Positions 30,980 through 37,487 of a DNA stretch of 53,586 nt are shown here, piece by piece. Numbering within the stretch: position 1 is the first letter of the stretch; the number at the start of each line of letters is the position of its first letter. Origin of the DNA: a virus (Duplodnaviria; Caudoviricetes); the IMG/VR virus record IMGVR_UViG_3300007735_000754, positions 1-53,586 of that record; one strand, written 5' to 3'. The notes under the pieces were generated by a model. The model saw nothing but the letters and a program-made list of their open reading frames with translations, was not told the DNA's origin and made no database searches. The translations under genes and the position numbers were made by a program.

Positions 30980-31507
30980 ATGAAATTCAAAGATTTAAAC
31001 AGAAAAATTCAGAAACTACACGAAATGGGTGGCGGAGAGCACACCGAAGGCGGAAGCTTACAGGGCGGAGATCCCCGTAGCTCGGTCAAATCCTTGTTGA
31101 CCGACTTTGGTTCACACCGTCTAGACAACGATGCCATGCTGGATAGACTCAATGCATTCATCTACAGCTACAGTGGCAAGGAATTCCTTGACCCCGAGGG
31201 AGCCCTGAATGTTCTGAAGAATAAGTTAAACATCATCGGGATCGACTTTAAGCCAGTTAAGATTGCTCCCGGAGTCAATATCATCAAGCTTTATCAATAC
31301 GGAGCCCCCGGAATGGGCGTCTTTGGTGTTCGCAAGGACCTCAAGGGAGATCTTGCCAAGGATGGCTTCAGCCAGACCGCAGGATTGGACGATAGCTTTG
31401 ATTACAACCTCGTAATTAATGTTCAAAAGACCCCAAGCTATTTGATGAAATTTGACATGAAGGTAGTACGTAACGGTGAAGAAGTCGATTGTGGTTGCCA
31501 ACACTGA
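30980..31507 (+). CDS. Hypothetical late protein with CTS-like start
   Basis: MKFKDLNRKIQKLHE, with AATAAATA and an AGGA RBS upstream. Confidence 0.65.
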   Translation: MKFKDLNRKIQKLHEMGGGEHTEGGSLQGGDPRSSVKSLLTDFGSHRLDNDAMLDRLNAFIYSYSGKEFLDPEGALNVLKNKLNIIGIDFKPVKIAPGVNIIKLYQYGAPGMGVFGVRKDLKGDLAKDGFSQTAGLDDSFDYNLVINVQKTPSYLMKFDMKVVRNGEEVDCGCQH

Positions 31508-31523
31508 GGCTAAACGCACACTA

Positions 31524-31913
31524 ATGGAAGAAAATGATGATGCTTTTATAGCGTTTGCAAAGAAGCATTACTTCAATCCTAGTTGTGCGTCCAATATTGA
31601 ATTTTTGGAAGACCTCAAGAGAGTGAAATACATCAAGCGATTGTTGTTTCGCTTTCACAAAGCTAGATCTTTGAAATCGATCAAGGAAAGATTGATAATA
31701 AACCACTTGATCGTCTTGAGAAATGTGTTTGGAGATAGCGCTACTGTTCATCTTTTGTTCCTAAAGCATGAACCAAAGTTTCATAGTTATCTAAAAAGTT
31801 TTTTGGTTTTTCTGAAATTTGATGTAAAATCGGCACCTGATACTGATTATTCAAAGATAATAACAGACCCAAGAGTAGATAGAAAACTTTCTTTAATAAC
31901 GGAAAAAGAATGA
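31524..31913 (+). CDS. Conserved T4-like phage hypothetical protein
   Basis: Y.NP.C....EF.EDLKR.KYIKRL...ERLI.NHLIVL.NVFG motif recalled from T4-like phages. Start may be 31476. Confidence 0.75.
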   Translation: MEENDDAFIAFAKKHYFNPSCASNIEFLEDLKRVKYIKRLLFRFHKARSLKSIKERLIINHLIVLRNVFGDSATVHLLFLKHEPKFHSYLKSFLVFLKFDVKSAPDTDYSKIITDPRVDRKLSLITEKE

Positions 31914-32707
31914 CTCCACTAAACCTCATCATCAAGCCATCGACTGTATACCACTTTGCAGAACTACTGCAGAAACCATATAACCAATATGAGGCTTACA
32001 GAAAGAATGTTATCGATGATCAGGGAAGAATCATCGGACGAGATGTAAGCTTTGATGGTCTGGAATACATTGCACTACGTCTTCGTAGTTTGTTCAAAGA
32101 ACTGATGCCAGGAAGCAATAGGTTTTTCCTACAGTCTTTAACTGGAACCCTGAAGTTGTTCAACGAAGAATTCCAAGAAATGGGAATTGACCGAAACGAT
32201 GTAAATCTGGTTGTTGAAGATTATACATTGAGATGCTCCTATGGATCTATAAGCTATCTTGACTATCTGCTAGAAGAAGCACAAGTCAGACACATCTCAG
32301 AAGAAATGGGAGCAGCAATGGTCAGTGCACCTTCTTCTCCTAACCTTCAGGGTGGATTGGCTGGATACGACAGACCGTTGCGTCCAGTTGTCATGAGAAG
32401 ACCTGCAAAGAAGAAGAAAAAGTCTCGCCGTATTGTAGAAGAACAGATGGCGCAGGCCCAACAGGCACCCACGCCACCCAGTCCTTACTTGCCTCTTCAG
32501 GTAGATCCATTGAACTACGAAGAGCTTTTTAGATCTTTGTCTCCCAGTGGTGAGTTGGATTTAGAACAAATCACAACACCAGAATTAAAGAAATACTTCA
32601 AACGATTATCTGAAAGAACTGGTGGCAAGCAAGTCTTTGTTGTTGGAAATCAACAACAGCCACCAAGAGCGCTTAGTTTCCCTCAGAGAGGAAAACGCGC
32701 CCGTTAA
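31910..32707 (+). CDS. Conserved T4-like hypothetical protein
   Basis: L.KP....EAY...VID..G motif and ATGA coupling to the upstream gene. Confidence 0.65.
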   Translation: MTPLNLIIKPSTVYHFAELLQKPYNQYEAYRKNVIDDQGRIIGRDVSFDGLEYIALRLRSLFKELMPGSNRFFLQSLTGTLKLFNEEFQEMGIDRNDVNLVVEDYTLRCSYGSISYLDYLLEEAQVRHISEEMGAAMVSAPSSPNLQGGLAGYDRPLRPVVMRRPAKKKKKSRRIVEEQMAQAQQAPTPPSPYLPLQVDPLNYEELFRSLSPSGELDLEQITTPELKKYFKRLSERTGGKQVFVVGNQQQPPRALSFPQRGKRAR

Positions 32708-32927
32708 GTCCTTCGTGCGCCTCTTTGTAAAGAGGATGACCCATCAAAGGAGAACTCTGAGAAAGAGTTCTCTTTTCATTTTCTAGGATATCGTTATGGC
32801 AATCGCTGTATCCCTTGTTATACTCTTCAAGAAGAGAAGGAACAGGGCAATTACCTGTGACCTTAGGAAGACCCGCCTTGCGGTCATCCCAACCCTTACG
32901 ATACATCTGTCCGGGAGAATATGTCAT
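32673..32927 (-). CDS. Hypothetical protein
   Basis: Coupled (TAATG) to the upstream minus-strand gene. Y.KGW.D / Y.KGY.D pattern. Confidence 0.6.
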   Translation of the reverse strand: MTYSPGQMYRKGWDDRKAGLPKVTGNCPVPSLLEEYNKGYSDCHNDILENEKRTLSQSSPLMGHPLYKEAHEGLNGRVFLSEGN

Positions 32928-33289
32928 TACTGAATGTCCCTTGGCTGAAGTGTGTTGAGAATCTTGTTAATCGTATCAACGTACTCGGTCTTGTTGTTCA
33001 TCTTGAAGTATCCACGCATCTCAATTAGATTCTCGTAGTCATCCTCAAACATGACAACCATATTGGGCTTGCCAGCAGCAGCACCCTTCTTCCTTCGCTC
33101 ATCAAAGTTTTTCATGAAGCGCTGCCAATCATCCTTAGAGAAATTGGACTTTTGCGACTGAAAGAAATCATCAAAATTTTCTGAAATACTCATGTTGTCA
33201 TCCTTAAAATAATCACGTAAACGGTTGATATGCTTGTAATTCTTTTTCTCGGGAGAATCCCACCCGTTATTGTTTTCTTTATTGTTCAT
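32927..33289 (-). CDS. Hypothetical protein
   Basis: Part of an overlapping minus-strand operon. Confidence 0.6.
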   Translation of the reverse strand: MNNKENNNGWDSPEKKNYKHINRLRDYFKDDNMSISENFDDFFQSQKSNFSKDDWQRFMKNFDERRKKGAAAGKPNMVVMFEDDYENLIEMRGYFKMNNKTEYVDTINKILNTLQPRDIQ

Positions 33290-33602
33290 TAGTGTTTGGC
33301 TTCTGGTTTACGTCAAAGAAGTTTTCATAGATAATGCTACCATCTGACGTAGTCGCAGAGAGATATCGAATGTGGTGATTCAATGCCTCTTTGAGAGTTA
33401 AAGGATGGTTGACTCCAAATGAAAAGTTTTTAATCCAAGCGGGGCAACCACCGATAGTGATTCTCAGTTCGGTGCCATCTAATGAATTTCCATAAAAATC
33501 AAAACTTGAATTGTCACCATCATAATACGTGAAGAAACAATCTATATCAGAATAGCTGGACTTCAGTTTATCTAAATCTATCTTGTTTACCGTTTTTTTC
33601 AT
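33279..33602 (-). CDS. Hypothetical protein
   Basis: ATGA overlap with the upstream small ORF. Confidence 0.6.
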   Translation of the reverse strand: MKKTVNKIDLDKLKSSYSDIDCFFTYYDGDNSSFDFYGNSLDGTELRITIGGCPAWIKNFSFGVNHPLTLKEALNHHIRYLSATTSDGSIIYENFFDVNQKPNTNEQ

Positions 33603-33763
33603 AGACGGGCTTCCTTTACAGAACGAGGAAGTTGGCCAATTGCATCAAGCTTTACCAAGGTTGACTTCTTGGCTTCCATGATGCTCTTGGTTCTGTTTCT
33701 CTTCAGACGTTCTGATCTTTGCTTGTGCTTTTTAGCAGTAAGTCTTTGTTTAGAATTTGGCAT
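33599..33763 (-). CDS. Small highly basic protein, 54 aa (not in ORF track)
   Basis: MPNSKQRLTAKKHKQRSERLKRNRTK...EARL*. AGGTGA RBS, with both sigma70 (TTGACG..TATAAT) and TATAAATA promoters upstream. Confidence 0.7.
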   Translation of the reverse strand: MPNSKQRLTAKKHKQRSERLKRNRTKSIMEAKKSTLVKLDAIGQLPRSVKEARL

Positions 33764-33841
33764 TAAATCACCTGTTAATAAAAGTAATACACTATATTAT
33801 ACGCGAAAAACGGCTTTTCGTCAATATATTTATAGTGAAGT

Positions 33842-33876
33842 AAAAAACCCGGTTTTTCAGATGCGGGAAAACCGGG
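33842..33876 (-). terminator. Intrinsic terminator closing the tmRNA transcript
   Basis: CCCGGTTTT...AAAACCGGG stem followed by TTTTTT on the minus strand. Confidence 0.75.
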
Positions 33877-34170
33877 AAACCCCACTGCTTTAAGCAGCCA
33901 TTGCTAATTCGTTAGCAATTATTTTTTGCAACTGTTTATTTACGACACTTGTTACCCGTGTCGGGTATCTCCTTCTTCATTACTCTATGCAGGTCGAAAC
34001 CAAATTTAGGCCCTTAATGCCCAAAGCCTAGGACTTTGGGCGATGCCCCGCTGCTACGAGGACTTGGTTCGCCATTCTCAAAGAATCGCAGAATCTTTGA
34101 GTAAGGCTAATGGACCTATCGGAAATCGAATCCGAGTGTCTGACACATTTCTTGTCGATATCAACAATAC
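33842..34170 (-). ncRNA. ssrA: Circularly permuted (two-piece) tmRNA
   Basis: Acceptor piece first (T-arm TCGGA-TTCGATT-TCCGA, then TAGGTCC-A ending at 34111), then a 97-nt spacer, then the coding piece starting GGGCCTA AATTTGGTTTCGAC at 34013. 7-bp acceptor stem with G3.U70, PK1, and tag ANELAMAA* at 33916-33890. Confidence 0.92.
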
Positions 34171-34176
34171 CACTAT

Positions 34177-34218
34177 TATTTATATTTTTTTATATGGAGA
34201 CCATGGGAATTATAAATA
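34177..34218. promoter_or_regulatory. Divergent late promoters: TATAAATA (-, 34184-34177) for the tmRNA and TATAAATA (+, 34211-34218) for the HNH gene
   Basis: Two exact consensus octamers. Confidence 0.75.
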
Positions 34219-34223
34219 ATTGT

Positions 34224-34769
34224 ATGAACACTGTATCATGTAAATGTGAAGTATGCAATAAATCATTTGAAAAATTTATTGGTGAATATAATAGAAAAAT
34301 TAAAAAGAAAACACCATTTTATTGTAGTCTAGAATGCTCAGGAAAAATATCAATAGATAAAAATAATAAAATTAAAAAATGGAATAAAAGTCAAAAAAAT
34401 ATAAACCAATTAAAATCCATGTGCGGAAATAGACGAGATGATTATTCATCTTTTAAGTACTTATATCGTACTATAAAAATGAGAGCAAAAGAAGGAAAAG
34501 AATTTAATCTAACATTGGAAGATTTAAAAACTATTTGGGAACAACAAAAAGGGTGTTGTGCTATTTTAAATCATAAACTTACTTTACCAATTTGGAATGT
34601 AAAAAATAATAACTCAAATTATTTAGCTAGTATTGATCGTATTGATAGCCAAAAAGGTTATATAAAAGACAATATTAGATTTGTATGTTTGACAATAAAT
34701 TATGCAAAAAATAAATTCAATGATAATGTTCTAAATGAATTTATCAACATGTGTAAAAATAAAACATAA
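34224..34769 (+). CDS. Free-standing HNH-like homing endonuclease with N-terminal Zn finger
   Basis: C..C....YCS..C, EFNLT and SIDRIDS.KGY.KDNI.FV...IN. Very AT-rich and opposite in strand to the flanking RNA genes. Confidence 0.8.
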   Translation: MNTVSCKCEVCNKSFEKFIGEYNRKIKKKTPFYCSLECSGKISIDKNNKIKKWNKSQKNINQLKSMCGNRRDDYSSFKYLYRTIKMRAKEGKEFNLTLEDLKTIWEQQKGCCAILNHKLTLPIWNVKNNNSNYLASIDRIDSQKGYIKDNIRFVCLTINYAKNKFNDNVLNEFINMCKNKT

Positions 34770-34772
34770 TAA

Positions 34773-34854
34773 TGCGAGCTGAGGGATTCGAACCCCCGTA
34801 GGCGCTGCCATCTGATTTACAGTCAGACCTCGTTGTCCACTTGAGTAAACTCGC
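34773..34854 (-). tRNA. trnY: tRNA-Tyr (GTA)
   Basis: GCGAGTT/AGCTCGC-A acceptor, TCTGA-CTGTAAA-TCAGA anticodon arm, long variable arm, GGTTCGAATCC. CCA not encoded. Confidence 0.93.
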
Positions 34855-35004
34855 TTAAACGGGCATTGAACCCTTTTTCCAAAGCCGATCAAGCCTTGGG
34901 AAGTATGATACTAGCCCTGTGCGTTCTTCTATGGTTTTACGCACCCCACCACTGATTGCAGCTTGGGTATCAGGTATCCCGACACTGCTTTTTGAAGAAT
35001 TGAA

Positions 35005-35077
35005 CTCCTCCGACTGGATTTGAACCAGTGACCCGAGAGTTAACAGCTCTCTGCTCTACCAGCTGAGCTACAGAGGA
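35005..35077 (-). tRNA. trnN: tRNA-Asn (GTT)
   Basis: TCCTCTG/CGGAGGA-G acceptor, GAGAG-CTGTTAA-CTCTC anticodon arm, GGTTCAAATCC. CCA not encoded. Confidence 0.95.
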
Positions 35078-35085
35078 AAGTTATA

Positions 35086-35379
35086 TTAAGATTTTGGTCG
35101 AAGCTTTACTTCAACCTTTGCATAATCATTTCGGTCACAGTCCAAGAACTTAACGGACTCCACCAGTCTATTGTCTGGGATTTCTGCAAGTCGTGCGGGA
35201 AGATTAGTTTCAATGTACGGGCCACCTTCGAAGTCTGCCATTGTTCCATCAGTAGTACCTCGGGTGAAGGAAGTTTCTCCTTCAATGATGTACGTATTCG
35301 CATCAACCTTTCGGACGAGGCGCTCTACGTGATACCGACTTAACATTCTTGCGACTATTGGATATTCTTCCTGAAGCAT
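35086..35379 (-). CDS. Hypothetical protein
   Basis: Coding-like ORF containing DFEGGPYI. Start uncertain. Confidence 0.6.
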   Translation of the reverse strand: MLQEEYPIVARMLSRYHVERLVRKVDANTYIIEGETSFTRGTTDGTMADFEGGPYIETNLPARLAEIPDNRLVESVKFLDCDRNDYAKVEVKLRPKS

Positions 35380-35479
35380 TAGTTTTCTTTTTAAAAATAG
35401 AATCCCAGTTTTTAGACCAGTTTTCATAGTTCACACTGCGATATGTATCGCCTTTACCAGCACCGTGCTGACCTTCCAT
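35303..35479 (-). CDS. Small phage protein (GKG..YR.V....W..NWD.IF type)
   Basis: ATG 6 nt after TTGACA-N16-TATAAT (35513-35486). Confidence 0.7.
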   Translation of the reverse strand: MEGQHGAGKGDTYRSVNYENWSKNWDSIFKKKTNASGRISNSRKNVKSVSRRAPRPKG

Positions 35480-35513
35480 ATGCATATTATATCACAACTA
35501 CATTAAATGTCAA

Positions 35514-35753
35514 TCAGTTTAATTCGTATGCTACGACAGTTCCAGATCCAGTTTTGGACCAGCTTTTAACGTATACTGGAAAAATCGAATTACCGACTCC
35601 AAGAGTTAAAACTACGTTAACAGAATTTCCAACGGCATCAAGGCAAACAAATGTAACTGTTGCTGATGCAGTTGTTATTGTTAACAGCAATCCTTTATTT
35701 GCGGGACTGTTTACGCCAGTGGCTAACGATTTAATTCTTCGATATGTTCTCAT
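35514..35753 (-). CDS. Small beta-rich late protein
   Basis: AGGA RBS. Resembles the upstream ORF. Confidence 0.55.
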   Translation of the reverse strand: MRTYRRIKSLATGVNSPANKGLLLTITTASATVTFVCLDAVGNSVNVVLTLGVGNSIFPVYVKSWSKTGSGTVVAYELN

Positions 35754-35762
35754 GATGTTTCC

Positions 35763-36158
35763 TTATAGTAGTGCGTAGATTGTGCAGTCTGATACGGGGG
35801 TATCGCCGTATGAAGCCGATACATTTGTTATTATATATGGATGGAATGACCATGGATTCGCTACCACGTTTCCCTGACTGATGCTGTTATCCTCTAAAAA
35901 TCCCATTCCCGTATAACCTGAATTGCTGGTAAGGTTGTTTGAAGGATCATTTAGGTCCCAAGTTCTTAAAAATATAGAGGATGTTACTCCTGTAGCATCT
36001 AATACAGTTACCGTCACATCTGCAGGAACTCCAATTGCATCAGATCCTGGTTGGGATATAAATCCCTTCATATTAGGACAATTTATGGTGGCCGAAGTGG
36101 TGCTCACACCAAATGTATATTTTTGGACACGTCTGTAATATGTTTCTTCTTCGTTCAT
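35763..36158 (-). CDS. Small beta-rich late protein
   Basis: CTAAATA on the minus strand at 36173-36167. Confidence 0.6.
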   Translation of the reverse strand: MNEEETYYRRVQKYTFGVSTTSATINCPNMKGFISQPGSDAIGVPADVTVTVLDATGVTSSIFLRTWDLNDPSNNLTSNSGYTGMGFLEDNSISQGNVVANPWSFHPYIITNVSASYGDTPVSDCTIYALL

Positions 36159-36193
36159 TTCATGATTATTTAGGTATTCTAAATAATATTACC

Positions 36194-36763
36194 ATGGACC
36201 CATTTACTATTCAATACAGACGTCAAATTGACGAGTTAAACGAAGAAATCGCAGAACTCGTAGAAGCCCTAGAAATTTATGATGAAATTTTGGAATACAT
36301 TGATCCTGTATCCGAAAGCATGCTAATTGCAGAAGCCAAGGATAAGAAGTGGATTCAAAAGGCCATTAAGAAGCCCGGTGCCCTGCACAAGGCACTCAAA
36401 GTCAAGAAGGGCGAGAAGATTCCTGAGGGTAAGCTTGAGAAAGCAGCCCACAAGGGAGGCAAGTTAGGCCGAAGAGCCAGACTTGCTAAAACTTTGCGTG
36501 ATTTATCAAAGAAAAAGGTAAACGAAGAAGCAGAAGGCCCCGTACTTGGCGTTGTTTATAACGCAGACCAAGTACAAGATTTGGTCGATCAACATCCACC
36601 TTCAGAGTTTATACCATGGCCGGGAACTTTTACCAAAGACGGTGAACCTTATATCATAAATCGTGGGATCAAAAATCCAAAAGGACCGGGAAGAGTGCCA
36701 TCAGTTCTTGATAAAATGGTGGAAAAGATCCAAGGCACAAGAACTATAAAGAATAGCCGATAA
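36194..36763 (+). CDS. Late protein with 31-aa heptad leader and KWIQKAIKKPGALH module
   Basis: ATG 8 nt after CTAAATA. Basic module follows LIAE. Confidence 0.7.
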   Translation: MDPFTIQYRRQIDELNEEIAELVEALEIYDEILEYIDPVSESMLIAEAKDKKWIQKAIKKPGALHKALKVKKGEKIPEGKLEKAAHKGGKLGRRARLAKTLRDLSKKKVNEEAEGPVLGVVYNADQVQDLVDQHPPSEFIPWPGTFTKDGEPYIINRGIKNPKGPGRVPSVLDKMVEKIQGTRTIKNSR

Positions 36764-36784
36764 AGATAAAAAAGAAGATTAAAA

Positions 36785-36812
36785 ACTCAAGGCCCCTTAC
36801 GGGGCCTTGAGT
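36785..36812. terminator. Hairpin terminator between convergent genes
   Basis: ACTCAAGGCCCC-TTAC-GGGGCCTTGAGT perfect 12-bp stem. GTAA loop and U-run on the minus strand. Confidence 0.85.
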
Positions 36813-36813
36813 G

Positions 36814-37014
36814 TTACTTGATGTTGTTGATTGCTCGGGTGATTGCAAAAGCAATTTTTGTCAGATCTTCTTTCGGTCCACTTATCTGGACCGAATTTCT
36901 ATCTTCCCCCTCAATTAGAAGATTGTAGAATCCGTCTTCCCCAATGGTGGAGACAGAGACAATGAATTGCTCATGGAGCGTTTGAACGGAGCTGCAAGTG
37001 TTAATAGTATTCAT
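36814..37014 (-). CDS. Hypothetical protein
   Basis: AAGGTGA RBS. Ends at the terminator. Confidence 0.65.
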   Translation of the reverse strand: MNTINTCSSVQTLHEQFIVSVSTIGEDGFYNLLIEGEDRNSVQISGPKEDLTKIAFAITRAINNIK

Positions 37015-37027
37015 AGTTCACCTTAAA

Positions 37028-37099
37028 TGCGGGTTGGGAGAATCGAACTCCCATGACAGGTTTGGAAAACCTGAGTAATGGCCGTTATACGAAACCCGC
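37028..37099 (-). tRNA. trnG: tRNA-Gly (TCC)
   Basis: GCGGGTT/AACCCGC-A acceptor, CAGGT-TTTCCAA-ACCTG anticodon arm, GGGAG-TTCGATT-CTCCC T arm. Confidence 0.92.
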
Positions 37100-37177
37100 C
37101 AGTATCATTTCATTCGCAAAGAGTCAACGAACATGGCTAAACTAAATTTTAAAGAAATCCAATATGCCTTGAGTTTG

Positions 37178-37423
37178 TTAAGTAGCTTTTTCATCGCTGT
37201 ATTCCTTCCACGCCTTTGAATCCCAAAATTTATTTAATTCAGTATTTTTAAACTTTGGGTCATTGTGCCATATGCAGTGAGTATTATATTTACGCTTTGC
37301 AAGAATGGCAACATCCCATACTTTGCAATTAGGAATTTTGTTCAAAGATACGGTAAGGCCCTTTGATTCTACCAATTCTTTGAAGTCTAGGACTTCCTGT
37401 GGAATTTTGGCTTTTCTTCCCAT
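37178..37423 (-). CDS. Hypothetical early protein
   Basis: ATG 7 nt after TTGACT-N16-TATAAT (37458-37431). Confidence 0.65.
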   Translation of the reverse strand: MGRKAKIPQEVLDFKELVESKGLTVSLNKIPNCKVWDVAILAKRKYNTHCIWHNDPKFKNTELNKFWDSKAWKEYSDEKAT

Positions 37424-37487
37424 ATGCCATATTATATCACGGAAATGGCCTAAGTCAAGCATCTAAATAATATTACTGAGGAGCGAT

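Noticed and set aside
34110-34223. N-terminal extension of the HNH ORF from 34110
   Set aside because: Overlaps the tmRNA acceptor piece antisense; the late promoter places the start at 34224.
35443-35778. 111-aa + strand ORF
   Set aside because: Antisense to RBS/promoter-supported minus-strand genes and spans a sigma70 promoter.
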